Part shown: in pieces, positions 1-12,329 of the stretch
Numbering within the stretch: position 1 is the stretch's first letter
How the letters are laid out: each line of letters begins with the position of its first letter
Notes under the pieces: generated by a model
The model's input: only the letters and a program-made list of their open reading frames with translations
Told to the model about the DNA's origin: nothing
The model's database searches: none
From: Octopus vulgaris
Taxonomy: Eukaryota
DNA: 64,000 nucleotides
NCBI GenBank assembly: GCA_951406725.2
Contig: OX597828.1
Span: 68,386,001-68,450,000 of the forward strand
Direction of reading: 5' to 3'
Translations under genes and position numbers: made by a program

Positions 1-1112
1 GCAGGCAGTGATTATTTGTTTCTATTTTCTCTGGTGGGATTAGCTTATCTCTGTTGTAGATAAAAATAGAAACAACTCGAACGACTGCATTGGTGATAGG
101 AGACTGACATGTCGGCTTAATTAGTGGAGACTGACATTGAATCTTGACTGGAAGATGATGTTGGTGGATGCCAAACTTGTAAAGCTGCTGACATGTATAA
201 AAATTGAGAAATATAAAGAGTAGGACAGCCTTATGTGAGATTGAAACTTAGATACAAAAGCACTCTCGAAATGTCCTTTGTTATTAGACTGCCAGAATTA
301 GTATTTTATTTGAAAACAAATTATTGGATCTTGCATTTATTGATTTAATATAATTTACATCATAAAATCCATGATGTGGTATGGAAAGGCAGTGAAAGAA
401 AAGTTCCCCTGCTCAAAAAGTTCAAATACCATTTGTATGGAGTTTAAAGCTTATTTTTAATAATTACAATTGTGATCCGTTCACTCAAGATGGTGATGGG
501 AATTGACATCAACCAAAATTTGTGTGTGTACTTTATACACGCTGGAAGAGTGTATATAGATACTCTTGTTGAACTGAGTTTGTGACCTTGTTTTGATTCT
601 GAGTTGTTAAAAATGCTAGATTAAGGTATTAGTTTAGGGGCTGTAGCCCAGGGATTATGTTAAAAGTTATTTTGAAAATATCACTGTGGGTCATAGCTGT
701 ACATGTAACCCAAAGTCCTCCTAGTACACAATACAAAACCCAATAAAGTGCATAGTGCCAAAACACCCTGCAGATTACAATAATCAATAAAATGTAAACA
801 AAATCTAAAAACTTATTCTTTCTGTGTTGCCCAGTACCCAAATCATTTACAATCTGGCATTGGTCTGCAACCTGATGTTTAGAAACCCCTGCCCTGCTAG
901 CCCCTTGGTATGTATAGCAATGGTCCTTGCAGTACTTGTAGACTTGCATCACCATAGCATGTGTAGCCCAGGGATTATCAAAATCTTGGCTCTGGTTGGT
1001 GCAGTTGTATTGTATGTCATTTACCATCTTTGAGAAAAAGCCATTAAATCTTTCACATTTTTCAGGATTTGGAGTAATACCCGTTAACATTTTCTTCTCT
1101 TTTCTTTTTAAG

Positions 1113-1255
1113 GAATGGAATATCAACACACTATCGTTTGAAGATGATCCTGAGCCATTTGGAAAAGACCGTGATAATGCCATCTGTACGTTAGCGAGAG
1201 AGGCTGGTGTTGAGGTGATCATTAGAACCTGCCACACATTATATGAATCTCAAAA
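1113..1255 (+). CDS. Cry2: Cryptochrome exon (143 nt)
   Basis: tttaag|GAATGG...CAAAA|gttag; [48 protein letters not shown]. Confidence 0.95.
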
Positions 1256-2444
1256 GTTAGTACCATTCACATTTATTCATGTTTTTTTTTCAGTCTTCCT
1301 TAGAATACGAACCCCAGTGTAATATGCTTCTTTGTGTATATATAAATATAAACATATACGTACTTATATACAGTTGTTCTTTTTACATTTATTTTTCCAT
1401 GCCAACATGGTTTAGACTTATACATACTGCTGAAGCATTGTTCAAAGATCTGGCCCTGATTAATCAGACCTATGTTGAAAGCCATTTTATTTAATTTGAT
1501 TTTAAATTAATTTAACTTTGTTCTTTTTTTCTCTCTCAGGATCCTCGATTTAAATGGAGGTCGACCACCTTTAACATACAACAAATTTCAGAAAATTCTA
1601 GAAAATATGAAAATGCCACCAAAACCATTAGATATTATTACTGCCAATGATTGGGGAAATTGTCAAACACCTCTTTCAAGTGATCATGATGACAAATATG
1701 GAGTTCCAACATTAGAAGATCTTGGTTAGTTTTTTTCAAGTTTTTGATTATTTTATTTATAATTAACTTTCTTTCCCAATTTCATAGTATGTTTTAAATA
1801 CATAGATTCATGTTAAAATGATTTAAAAAAACCAACTTTAAAGCTTGTTAGATTGCTTTAATTTGATTTGAAGGATATCTACAATGAAGTCGATGTTGCT
1901 ATTGATTAGATGAATTATTCTTGGTTGCATTTAAAAAAAAAATGCTATTCAACTTTCCCAGATATGTGGGCATAGAGGTTTAACACTTACTGAGCACATT
2001 CTATGTATTCATGGAATGGAAACCAGCTTTCTTCTTATATAAAGTTTTATATTTATTTCTTGCAGGGTTTGACACAGAAGGCCTTGATTTGGCACATTTT
2101 CATGGTGGAGAATCAGAAGCATTAGCAAGACTAGACAGACATTTAGAACGCAAGGTAAGTCAACATATTTTACTTGTTTAGAATCATTATGTTAGTATTG
2201 TTGCTATAGGAATCGTTACTTTAGTGTTATTACTAGAATTATTAGTGTTGTTATTAGAATCATTACTACAGTATTATTACTAGAATCATTACTATAATAT
2301 TATCATTAATAAATCATTACTTTAATATTACGGAGATGTACTTGCACAGCAAGTGACTTGATCTGAGATCGTGTGCTGGAACGAAAACAATTACAGCGTG
2401 GAAGGTGTTTATAAGCCATTTAAGAAACACACAAAAACAGTTAG

Positions 2445-2475
<31 letters not shown>

Positions 2476-3413
2476 ATGTTTTATGAGTACAGACATATTT
2501 AATGATATATTATTTAAAATTCTCTTAATGATGATATTTTAGGGTTAATATTTGATTTTTATTTGTTAATTTTATATTTTTCTTTTACAGGCATGGGTTG
2601 CTAGTTTTGAAAAACCCAAAATGACACCTCAATCTATGTTTCCCAGTCACACAGCTTTAAGTCCTTATTTACGATTTAGTTGTCTATCTCCACGGTTATT
2701 TTATTGGAAACTCACAGAACTCTACAGAAAAGTGAGTTGGTTTTTTTTTCTTATTGAGTTCTTTTGCTGCACTGGTTTAAAGACTTCCTTATTGCAAGTA
2801 AATTTACAGAAAACCCATGGTTATATACATAATATATCAAATACCATTTGTGCGTGCACACACACACACACACACACACACAATAATAATGAACTTATTG
2901 TATACAATGCTCAGGTGTATTACGACATAGATAAAGTAGCCAAATGGGCATAAACAGTACATAGAATAATGCACAGAAAGTGAGTCATTTAAGGAAAAAA
3001 TTTTTAAAAAAGGTAGGGGGGACATCAGGTGAATTTTGGTAAGTGTGGGACTTTTGAAAGATGTAGTGTCTTGACAGCTAACAACTGATGTGGGCTGGTT
3101 TATTCCATGTTTTTGCAATACTGAGTGTGAAAAAATGTTTTTGAAAGTCATGGGTGCTGTGTTGTTTTTTTGATTTTGTAAGCATGTCCATGAATGTTTG
3201 ATAAATAGAATTCAAAAGGTCCCACAGTTGTTGTTGGAAAGATATTGGCATTGAATATATGTATATGAATGTAAAAGTTAACAAGGAATTTTGTTTTTGG
3301 AAGAAGTACATGACTACTGTATGTATATCGTGACTAATATATGTCTATCATGCAGTGAGTGGATTTGGTAGATGGAAACTGAAAGAAGCCTGTTGTGTCT
3401 ATCTATCTATCTA

Positions 3414-3480
<67 letters not shown>

Positions 3481-6400
3481 TTGTGTGTCTGTGTTTGTCC
3501 CTCCAACATCGCTTGACAACCGATGCTGGCATGTTTACGTCCCTGTTACTTAGTGGTTCAGTAAAAGAGACGAATAGAATAAGTACTAGGCTTACAAAGA
3601 ATAAGTCCTGGAGTCTATTTGCTTGACTAAAGGCGGTGCTCCAGCATGGCCGCAGTCAAATGACTGAAACAAGTAAAATAAAATAGTAGTTTCAGAGTCT
3701 CTTGAAAGTTGTTAGACATAGTATTCTGATGTGTTTCATGTGGAAATATGATGACCTGAATACATACTAAGTGTTTGTATGTGTTTGCTGGATGTGAAAG
3801 ATTAAATTTTCTAGGAGTGTTATGGTGAAATTTAAATGAAATGTGAAGAAGTTGAAACTTATTCCCATCTACCAATAAAAATGAATGTTTTTGTTATCGT
3901 AATTTATGTAACATTTGTTGATTATTCCTGTATTCTATTCTTAGATCAAAAAGAAAAATATACCACCTCTTTCACTTCATGGTCAACTTCTCTGGAGAGA
4001 ATTCTTCTATACAGTTGCCTCAAACAATCCTAGATTTGATCAGATGTTGGGAAATCCAGTCTGTGTACAGATTCCTTGGGACACAAATCAAGAAGCATTA
4101 GCCAAATGGGCAGAGGTGAGGGTTTGTCAACCATTTTTTATATCGGATATATAGAAGCAGCTTATCCGTTTTGCATTTTACAGTTGTAACAGAGATTGGG
4201 TGTATTAACACTTTTCTTGAATTTTTACCAGGGTATGACAGGTTTTCCTTGGATTGATGCCATCATGAAACAGTTACGGAAAGAAGGCTGGATTCATCAT
4301 TTAGCTCGACACTCGGTTGCTTGTTTCCTAACTCGCGGAGATCTTTGGTTATCATGGGAAGAAGGCATGAAAGTAAGAAACTGGTTTTCTATTTCTAAAG
4401 ATACATTTGTTATGAAGTGGGTTCCTTCTACTGGGGTGGTGTGTAATTGCTGTGGTACGGTAGTTGCTGTTTTACACTAGTAGTCACAATAGTCACTAGT
4501 CATCAGATACTATTGTATCTCTTTGTACCAGAATAGTAATATACTAACTTCTTTTTCTTACTATTGCTGATAGCTTCACAAGACACCAACTAGAACTGTT
4601 GACTCCCTACTCTTTGACTCTTGACTCTCCCTTGACGACCGGCTTCTAGTCTATTTATAATGGCTGTGTCTGGCCACTTTTTACCGGGAGGGATATACAG
4701 TTTCACTGTACAACAGTAATATATATTGTATTTCTGTTAAATATAAAATATTTATATTCTTGATTGTTTTATGTTGCTAAGCACATTATTGTTTGTCCTG
4801 TGCTGCTTTTGCTAGTGACATGTACCAAAGTTAAAGATTTAAATTCACTCCTGTGAAATGTGACTGGCAACAATGATTAACGTGTTTCTGTCTTATCACA
4901 GCATCATCATCATCATCATCGTTTAACGTCCGCTTTCCATGCTAGCATGGTTTGGATGATTTTGACTGAGGGCTGGCGAGCCAGATGGCTGCACCAGGCT
5001 CCAATCTTGATTTGGCAGAGTTTCTACAGCTGGATGCACTTCCTAACGCCAACTACTCTGAGAGTGTAGTGGGTGCTTTTTACGTACCACCGGCATGGGG
5101 GCCAGTCAGGTGGTACTGGCAATGACCTCGCTCAAGTCTTTTTACACATATGCCAGTAAGGCGATGCTGGTAACGACCACGGCTACTGAAATGAGTTGAA
5201 ATAGCAGATTCAGTTGGCTTATGTTTGGTCAGTTACCTGCAAGTCATCAGTGAAGACAGCTGCTATGAGAATACGGACAGCAGTTCTCCCATATTTTTCA
5301 AATGTTGGTTTTCTTGAATAACCTAATCTTTAACTTTTGATGTTATAAATGTTTATATATATATTTAAGATTTATTGTAATTTTTTTCTTTTTTTTGCCT
5401 GATCTTCTTTATTTTAGGTATTTGATGAACTCCTGCTTGATGCTGACTGGAGTGTCAATGCTGGAATGTGGATGTGGCTGTCTTGTAGTTCCTTCTTTCA
5501 ACAGTTTTTCCATTGCTATTGTCCTGTTGGATTCGGCAAAAGAATAGATCCAAATGGTGATTTCATCAGGTAAATAATCAGAAAAATTAAGATATTTCTC
5601 ATAACTGAGTGACTGAATAAAAGATGGTATCATCCAGTGTGATAAAAAATTCTAACATACGTAAGAGTGTGTGTGTGTGTGTGTGCATATACATCACCAT
5701 CATCGTCGTCGTTTAACGTCCGTTTTCCATGCTGGCATGGGTTGGACGGTACTTGCATATACATATACTGTTCATATACTCAGAAATTTAAACCATAAAG
5801 TTATTGTGTTGCAGTTGTACTCAGTTTGGCTGGCTGACAAAATGGACTCCCTTCTTATTTAACTAATCAGATATAAGAAACAAGTCTGGGGAGGCATACA
5901 AATGTTTCTGGCTTCTACCCTTTTTATGTTGACAACTAAATGTATAATATAAATAAAGGAGTGCTGGATGGTTGTGTGGATAAGAGATCACTTCATCATC
6001 ATCATCATCGTCATCGTCGTTTAACGTCCGCTTTCCATGCTAGCATGGGTTGGACGAATGACTGAGGGCTGGCGAACCAGATGGCTGCACCAGGCTTCAA
6101 TCTTGATAACTATGAAATTTCGAATTCTATCTCACACGACACTTTGGGCAATTGTCTTCTGCTGTAGTCTTAGACTCACCGATGTCTTCCGAGTGGAATT
6201 GGTGGACAGATTGTATGGAAGCTCATTGCGTATGTTTATGTACCCGTCTCCCATGAAACCGTTTGTACAAAAGCAGTGATGTTTTGTCTACTGTCCCTGC
6301 GATCGAATCATTCTGCAGCTTTGCACTTTCAAAGAAACATGGAATAAAAAAAAATCCCTCACTTGAAAAATAGGTAAAGGGTTAGGTTGTTGGGATTGTC

Positions 6401-9400
6401 CAACCTATGCTTTCACTGAAAAAACGTCATACAAATTGAACACGTGCGTAGATTGGAGTACGAATATTATAAAATAGTTCAAGGGAGATAATTGTAGGAA
6501 AACTTAAGTTTGGAAATGTATTCCTGTTTTAAACGTTATGTGGACGTTGGTGAAGGAACGAAACGGTGAAATATTTTGTTCTGAACCCTATGAAACATTA
6601 ATTATAGTATGATTATTTTATGTTATAAATGACGGTTTATTATTTCCTTATCTTTTAAATCACTTCAATGCGTTCGTCATTGAAGATCAGATCATTCTCA
6701 GTAATTAATATTTAATTATGTACTTGTGCAATAAAATACATCTTTGTGTTTGTTTCTTTTATTTCCAGACACTACTTACCTATTTTGAAACGTTTCCCAG
6801 CAAAATACATCTATGAACCTTGGAATGCTCCTGAAAGTGTTCAAAAGACTGCTAAATGTATTGTTGGAAAAGACTATCCTATACCAATGGTGACACATTC
6901 TGAAGTAAGTCGGATAAATATGGAGCGAATGCGTCAAGTATACCACAGACTAACAATGAGAACGCCAGGTTGGTAGCAAATCTTGATTAATTTTAAAGTT
7001 CATCATCGTCGTCATCATCATCATCATCATCATTATTATTACTGTTGTTGTAAATTTTATTTTTATTAAATTCTCATCTCTTTTTTCTTTTTTTTTGCAG
7101 CAGTAATCTCAAAACCAATCCACTCCAGAGAAAATTTAACTTATTCCAAAAGTGAGTATATTGAGAACATTTTCTCAGACTTTATCATTTACTGACATAA
7201 TCACCAGAGAAATAAATTCTTAGAGAATCACATCATTCTCTGGAAACACCAGAAATGCCACAAATTTCTTTTCCCCATTTTTTCCAAAAAATCTCAAGAT
7301 TGAGGCTTCTTTCAGCAATCAATCATTTTAAAAACTTTGGTGTTGTATTTTCATTTTAGACAGTTTTATATAACAATATTTATGATCTAAACTTTGTTTA
7401 TTAAAAAATGTGAAGGACATAGTTAATAAAAAAAAATGTAGGTGAAATGATTTGGTTGGGTGATGGGTAATGATGGATCAAACCCTGTGAGCCTTACTCA
7501 TCATCATCATCATTTAGAAACCTTAAAGCATAGGAGCTTCTTAAAACCAAACAATAATGTCATGGATGAATAATGAGCATTAAATAAAGCTATACTACAC
7601 TTTATAATGAATTGTATAGTATGTTGGGGTAGAGAATGTTCCTGTGGGGTTATCTAACCTGAGATTTGGAAATATATTGATTTTAGTATTTAAAATATAA
7701 AAATTGAGGGCCACCTTTAATATACCTTACAGGTTAATAAATCCTTTGAATCTTTTTGGTAATGTTCACTACTGTAAATAACAATTGTAATGTTCTACTT
7801 GCTTTGTTTTCATTCATACTATGTATACATATGAAAGTTGTATTTAGTATAAATATAAATATATGGGCCCCTTCATCCCACCATATAAAAGAATTTTGAT
7901 TCAATTTCATACTTACTACTTGTATCTCGGCTACACGTGTTTCTCGAGATATAAGTAGTATGAAATTGAATTAAAATTCTTTTATATGGTGGGATGAAGG
8001 GGCCTACTATCTCTAAATGAAAAAATATATATTTCCTCATTGAGAATAATTTGAACCCTTGTTATGCCGGAATTTTTATTCCCTAACAAATAAAATTAAA
8101 TAAATATGAAACTAGATAAAATATATAAAAAAAAAAAATATATATATATATGTCTGCACACTTGAAATATGGAGGAAAATTCTAAAGTAAATCAAAATGT
8201 GCAAATTTATTAATGAGAAATATTAAGCATTATATTAGGTTGCTAAAATTGTTAAAAATGTTATTCTTATTTTTACCCATGTTCTAAAATTAACTCAATT
8301 TTTGTTTTAAAGTTCATCATAACTATCCAATGGTACAACATAATGTGCATTCAAGACCTGTTCTTTTAAGTCAAAATTGAAAATACTGGAAAATCTAAAC
8401 TATACACAACACCTTAAAAAAAAAAATAAAATTCAATATTCTGCAACTGAAAAAAATCAATTAAAAAAAATTTTAAACCCAAAATAAAAAATGGTAAGAA
8501 TTGAGCTTTTAGATAATTTTGTTTCTTATTACTCTCTCCATCTAATTAATGGCAACGGCACTGCTCTGCTACTCTTCACTATTTCACTCTCTCTACAAGT
8601 TGAGCACCGCATTGTTGAATGTAAACTTGTAATCTGTAGCATATTTCTGAGGGTTGGTCTTTTCTAACACAACTCTGTCGTTAGAATTAATTATAAACCC
8701 CAAAATGCTTTTGCACAAATTTAATTCTAGCATGCCATTCTCTCTAAGAAAATATTAGAAATTCAGAAATTGTCAGCTTAGTATCCCTGCTATTTGTTCA
8801 TTTTGCCTTTGTATTAAACCTTTTAGCTTTATTAATACTAAGTTTCCTTAATTTGCTTAGTTTCTTAACCCGTTAGTGAATAGAAATGATTATGGAAGGA
8901 TGTGGTGATGGATTAATTTTGTATGTTCATATGATTAACATATTGTAATTTCAGGTGAAGCTTAAAATTGTTTCTAATTAATTTGTTTCTGTTGATTGGA
9001 AAATCATCAGGTCATGATTTTATGTCTGTTGTAGACAATGTCTCCAGAATGGTTGATTGTGTTTACTTAGCTGTGGTGGAGGCATACTAGATCTTTGGTG
9101 AATGTTCCCTGTTGTAGACTAAGTGTATTATCCTGGAGGACATTCATTTCCCATTCAATTTTTTCCATTTACTAATTACTAATTGTAAGCACTTCTGTTT
9201 TGGCAATAAGAAAAGATAACTGTATTATCATATGTATACCCCCCCCCCAATAATCTTGCTTTTCTTGGAATAAACCTATTTTAAATACTTGATCATCATC
9301 GTGCCTGAATAATCTTCCTGTTTCATGTTCAAACTCATCGTGTCCGGCTTTTCACACCTACCCTACAATTTTATTCCAAAATTAAACAATCGCATCATTG

Positions 9401-11911
9401 AAATCTCAAAACTATGCGATAATGCATGATTAATTCAAAACAATGTGAATAAACAAGCATTATATTTTATACTAGCACTATGACCCAGCAACGCCGGGTC
9501 ATAGTGCTAGTGCATGCATGCGCACATACATGCGAGTACTGTCCAGATCTCCGACCAATCACATACAGAAAGCTGGCATTCAATTGGCGTATCAAGTTTT
9601 GGGCATTTTGATTGGGTTTTGGATAGAAAATTCACAAAAAGTCACTTCTATTGATCTTTTTAATGGCTTTGCGGGGGTAACTGGGGAAATGTAAAGATGT
9701 GCATGACCACCCTTGGACGGTTTTTAATGATCGTAGAAAGTGCAAGCCCTCTAACTGAAAATTGTGGATTTGTATAAAGGACACACACAAAGATAGACAA
9801 ACATTTTGCCGTTTATATATATATAGATAAATAACTAGAGTTAGGGCATTCTCAAATAGCTTCTTGAGCAAGGGACATAACCTTGCTTTTTTCAGCCTAC
9901 ACGAAGGAAGTGTTAGCAAGAGAAAAAAAATCAAACTCAAGAACAACCACAAAACAATTGCTTCTGTAATATGCAAATATTCAAAAACTTCAATAAAAAC
10001 ATAAAAACGGTCACATTATAGAAAAATGAATCTAAGAGGAAAAATAAAATCTTAAATGATTTATTTTTGATATAAACTTCATTTTAGCAATAGAATGGAA
10101 TGTAATAGTTTAACACATGACAAGTTGCAATCAATTACTTATGCTTTGGTTTAAGGTTTGGAAACGCCATTTTCATAAGTAAAAATCTTGTAATATTTAA
10201 AATTTCTTAGTTTCACTTTTGATGTCTTCATGTTCTTAACTTCACCTGTGATGGTTACTTTTTCTTACCTGTGTGAGAGCTTCATAATTTTACCTGTGAT
10301 TTTCAGTGACATTTTTTCATCATGTTTGTAATTAATATTATTGTTAATCATTGGCATATTACCATTGTGTCATTACAAGATGCTTAATGGCATTTTATCT
10401 GTCTTTATGTCCTGAGTTCAAATTCCTTCAAGTTTGACTTTGTCTTTCATACTTTTGGGGTTGATAAAGCAAGCAGCAGTCGAGTATTGGGATCGATGAA
10501 ATTAACTGACCCCTTCTCTCTAACTTGCTGGCCTTGTGCCAAAACTCGAAATTATTATTATGTCATTATCATTATATAATTTGTAATTATCATGATTTTT
10601 ATATTAATTTATATTACCTATTTCTTTACTACCCACAAGGGGCTAAACATAGAGGGGACAAACAAGGACAGACAAAGGGATTAAGTCGATTACATCGACC
10701 CCAGTGCGTAACTGGTACTTAATTTATCGACCCCGAAAGGATGAAGGGCAAAGTCGACTTCGGCAGAATTTGAACTCAGAACGTAATGGCAATCAAAATA
10801 TGGCTACGCATTTCGCCTGGCGTGCTAACCGTTCTGCCAGTTCGCCGCCTTGATTTATATTACCATTAGGGTGTTTGCAAATTTTATTCTGTCAATATTT
10901 CATGGCCTTGTTTATGATGTTCATTAATTATTATTATTATTATTAAGGCTGTGAGCTGGTAGAATTGTTAGCATGCCAGGTGAAATGCTTTGTGGCATTT
11001 TGTCCATCCTTGTGTTCTGAGTTTAAATTCCACTGAGGTTGACTTTACCATTCATCCTTCTGGAGTTATTTAAGTACCAGTGGAGTACTGGGGTTGATGT
11101 AATCGACAAGTCCCCTCTCCTAAAATATCAAACTCGTGCCTTCAGTAGAAAGGATTATTATTAAGGTGGCAAAATTGTTATCATACTGGGCAAAAAGCTT
11201 AGTGGAATTTCACCTGTCTTTACCTTCTCAGTTCAAATTCCACTGTGCAGTTGAGTACTGGGGTTAATGTAATTGACTTACCTCCGCCCCCATAAATTTC
11301 AGGCCTTGTGCCTTTAATAGAAAGGATTATTATTAAGGCATTAAGATGGCTGAATCTTTAGCATCCTGACAAAATACTAAACAGCTTTTCAGCTGTCTTT
11401 ATGTTCTAAGTTCAAATTTGGCTGAGGTCCTCTTTGCATTTTATCCTCTCTGGGTCAATAAAACAAGTACTAGTTGAACATTGGAGTCAATATAATTGAC
11501 TAGCCCTCTCCCACAAAATTCCAGGCCTTGTGCCTATAAAAGAAAGGCTTATTATGTCATATACATACATACATATATATATATGTGTATATATATATAT
11601 TTATAAATATATATATATAGATATATATATATATTGTAGGGTTTGTAATTACCATATTTTTTTATTCAATCAGTATTTCATAGCCTTGTTTTTTCATGTT
11701 CATTAATTAATATTTCAAACATCCATCTTACTGTTGTTGTTTGTATTTTATTTTGTTTTAAAAAAAAATATTTTCAGCATTCTTTATATTTTGATTTTTT
11801 TTTGTTATTTCAGTTTACCATAGAAATCCCACAACTAATGGAATATTACTGATGGGATTGAACTGCAATTCTGCTGCATCAAATAGAAAAGAAGTCACTC
11901 AAGATATTTAA
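1113..11911 (+). CDS. Cry2: Cryptochrome, vertebrate-like/type-2 (light-independent clock repressor class); 5'-partial gene, first exons lie upstream of the window
   Basis: Frame-consistent GT-AG exons 1113-1255, 1540-1724, 2066-2154, 2591-2731, 3945-4115, 4232-4372, 5418-5569, 6769-6968, 7101-7151 and probably 11814-11911. They translate to [21 protein letters not shown]..., [87 protein letters not shown] and [20 protein letters not shown], which closely match mammalian CRY1/2 and insect CRY2 as recalled. Confidence 0.95.
1540..1724 (+). CDS. Cry2: Cryptochrome exon (185 nt)
   Basis: ctctcag|GATCCTC...CTTG|gttagt; [17 protein letters not shown]...[14 protein letters not shown]. Confidence 0.95.
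2066..2154 (+). CDS. Cry2: Cryptochrome exon (89 nt)
   Basis: ttgcag|GGTTT...CAAG|gtaagt; [30 protein letters not shown]. Confidence 0.95.
2591..2731 (+). CDS. Cry2: Cryptochrome exon (141 nt), phosphate-binding loop / FAD-contact motif
   Basis: ttacag|GCATGG...AGAAAA|gtgagt; [47 protein letters not shown]. Confidence 0.95.
2882..3250 (-). mobile_element. Degenerate CR1 LINE 3' fragment in a cryptochrome intron
   Basis: [24 protein letters not shown], homologous to the copies at 30.7 kb and 32.6 kb. Confidence 0.7.
3945..4115 (+). CDS. Cry2: Cryptochrome exon (171 nt)
   Basis: cttag|ATCAAA...GCAGAG|gtgagg; [57 protein letters not shown]. Confidence 0.95.
4232..4372 (+). CDS. Cry2: Cryptochrome exon (141 nt), FAD-binding domain
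   Basis: taccag|GGTATG...ATGAAA|gtaaga; [47 protein letters not shown]. Confidence 0.96.
4902..5185 (-). mobile_element. SINE/LINE-tail family 3 ending in (GAT)n
   Basis: catcatcatcgtttaacgtccgctttccatgctagcatgg...ggatgc(c)cttcct. Copies at ~5693, 5993, 14205-14377(+), 24498, 28075, 38663-38788(+), 39213-39385(-). Confidence 0.75.
5418..5569 (+). CDS. Cry2: Cryptochrome exon (152 nt)
   Basis: ttttag|GTATTT...ATCAG|gtaaat; [51 protein letters not shown]. Confidence 0.96.
6769..6968 (+). CDS. Cry2: Cryptochrome exon (200 nt), C-terminal coiled-coil helix
   Basis: ttccag|ACACTAC...CCAG|gttggt; [66 protein letters not shown]. Confidence 0.93.
7101..7151 (+). CDS. Cry2: Cryptochrome C-terminal tail exon (51 nt, NAGNAG acceptor)
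   Basis: Long poly-T tract then gcag|CAG, donor A|gtgagt, phase 1-1, open frame [17 protein letters not shown]. No homology support, since the tail is not conserved. Confidence 0.7.
7866..8004. repeat. ~140-bp hairpin element in a cryptochrome intron
   Basis: ggccccttcatcccaccatataaaagaattt...aaattcttttatatggtgggatgaaggggcc. Confidence 0.8.
9472..9827 (-). mobile_element. Non-autonomous Helitron-like element, copy 1
   Basis: Minus strand starts TCTATATATATA, ends in a GC-rich hairpin + CTAG, inserted in A|T; four homologous copies in the window. Confidence 0.8.
11814..11911 (+). CDS. Cry2: Probable cryptochrome terminal coding exon
   Basis: Strong acceptor tttttgttatttcag|; phase-1 compatible open frame [32 protein letters not shown]; followed by ~1.5-2 kb of AU-rich 3'UTR-like sequence with AATAAA at 13378. 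Confidence 0.55.
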
Positions 11912-12298
11912 TTCCTTAACACACTGCCCTTAATCCCACCCCAAATTTCCTTCCCACCTTTTCCACCTAAAAAAACAACAATAACAGACACATTTTAATT
12001 ATTTTGCATTTCATTGTAAATATTTTACTGGGGTCTAGATATGAGTATTCGTATCGAACAAACTTTTAAGGACCAAACAAAAAAAAAAAACAATCAAAGA
12101 AAAAGTATAATTTGTATTTCTGAAATGAGCAGAATTTAATAATTAATATGGTTATTAGTTAACCTCGTATTTTGGTACTGTTTTCACCACACTGCATTTT
12201 GAATTTGATAAAATCTACATTCATCTTCTGACGATATGCATATAACCAGATATGTCACCATATATGTATGTGTGTATGTATATGTGTATGTATGTGTG

Positions 12299-12329
<31 letters not shown>

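Noticed and set aside
629-1237. 202-aa minus-strand ORF
   Set aside because: Antisense to a cryptochrome exon and intron; no recognisable domain.
4440-4712. Possible solo LTR in a cryptochrome intron (TG..CA ends, minus-strand TATA)
   Set aside because: No target-site duplication found and no second copy in the window.
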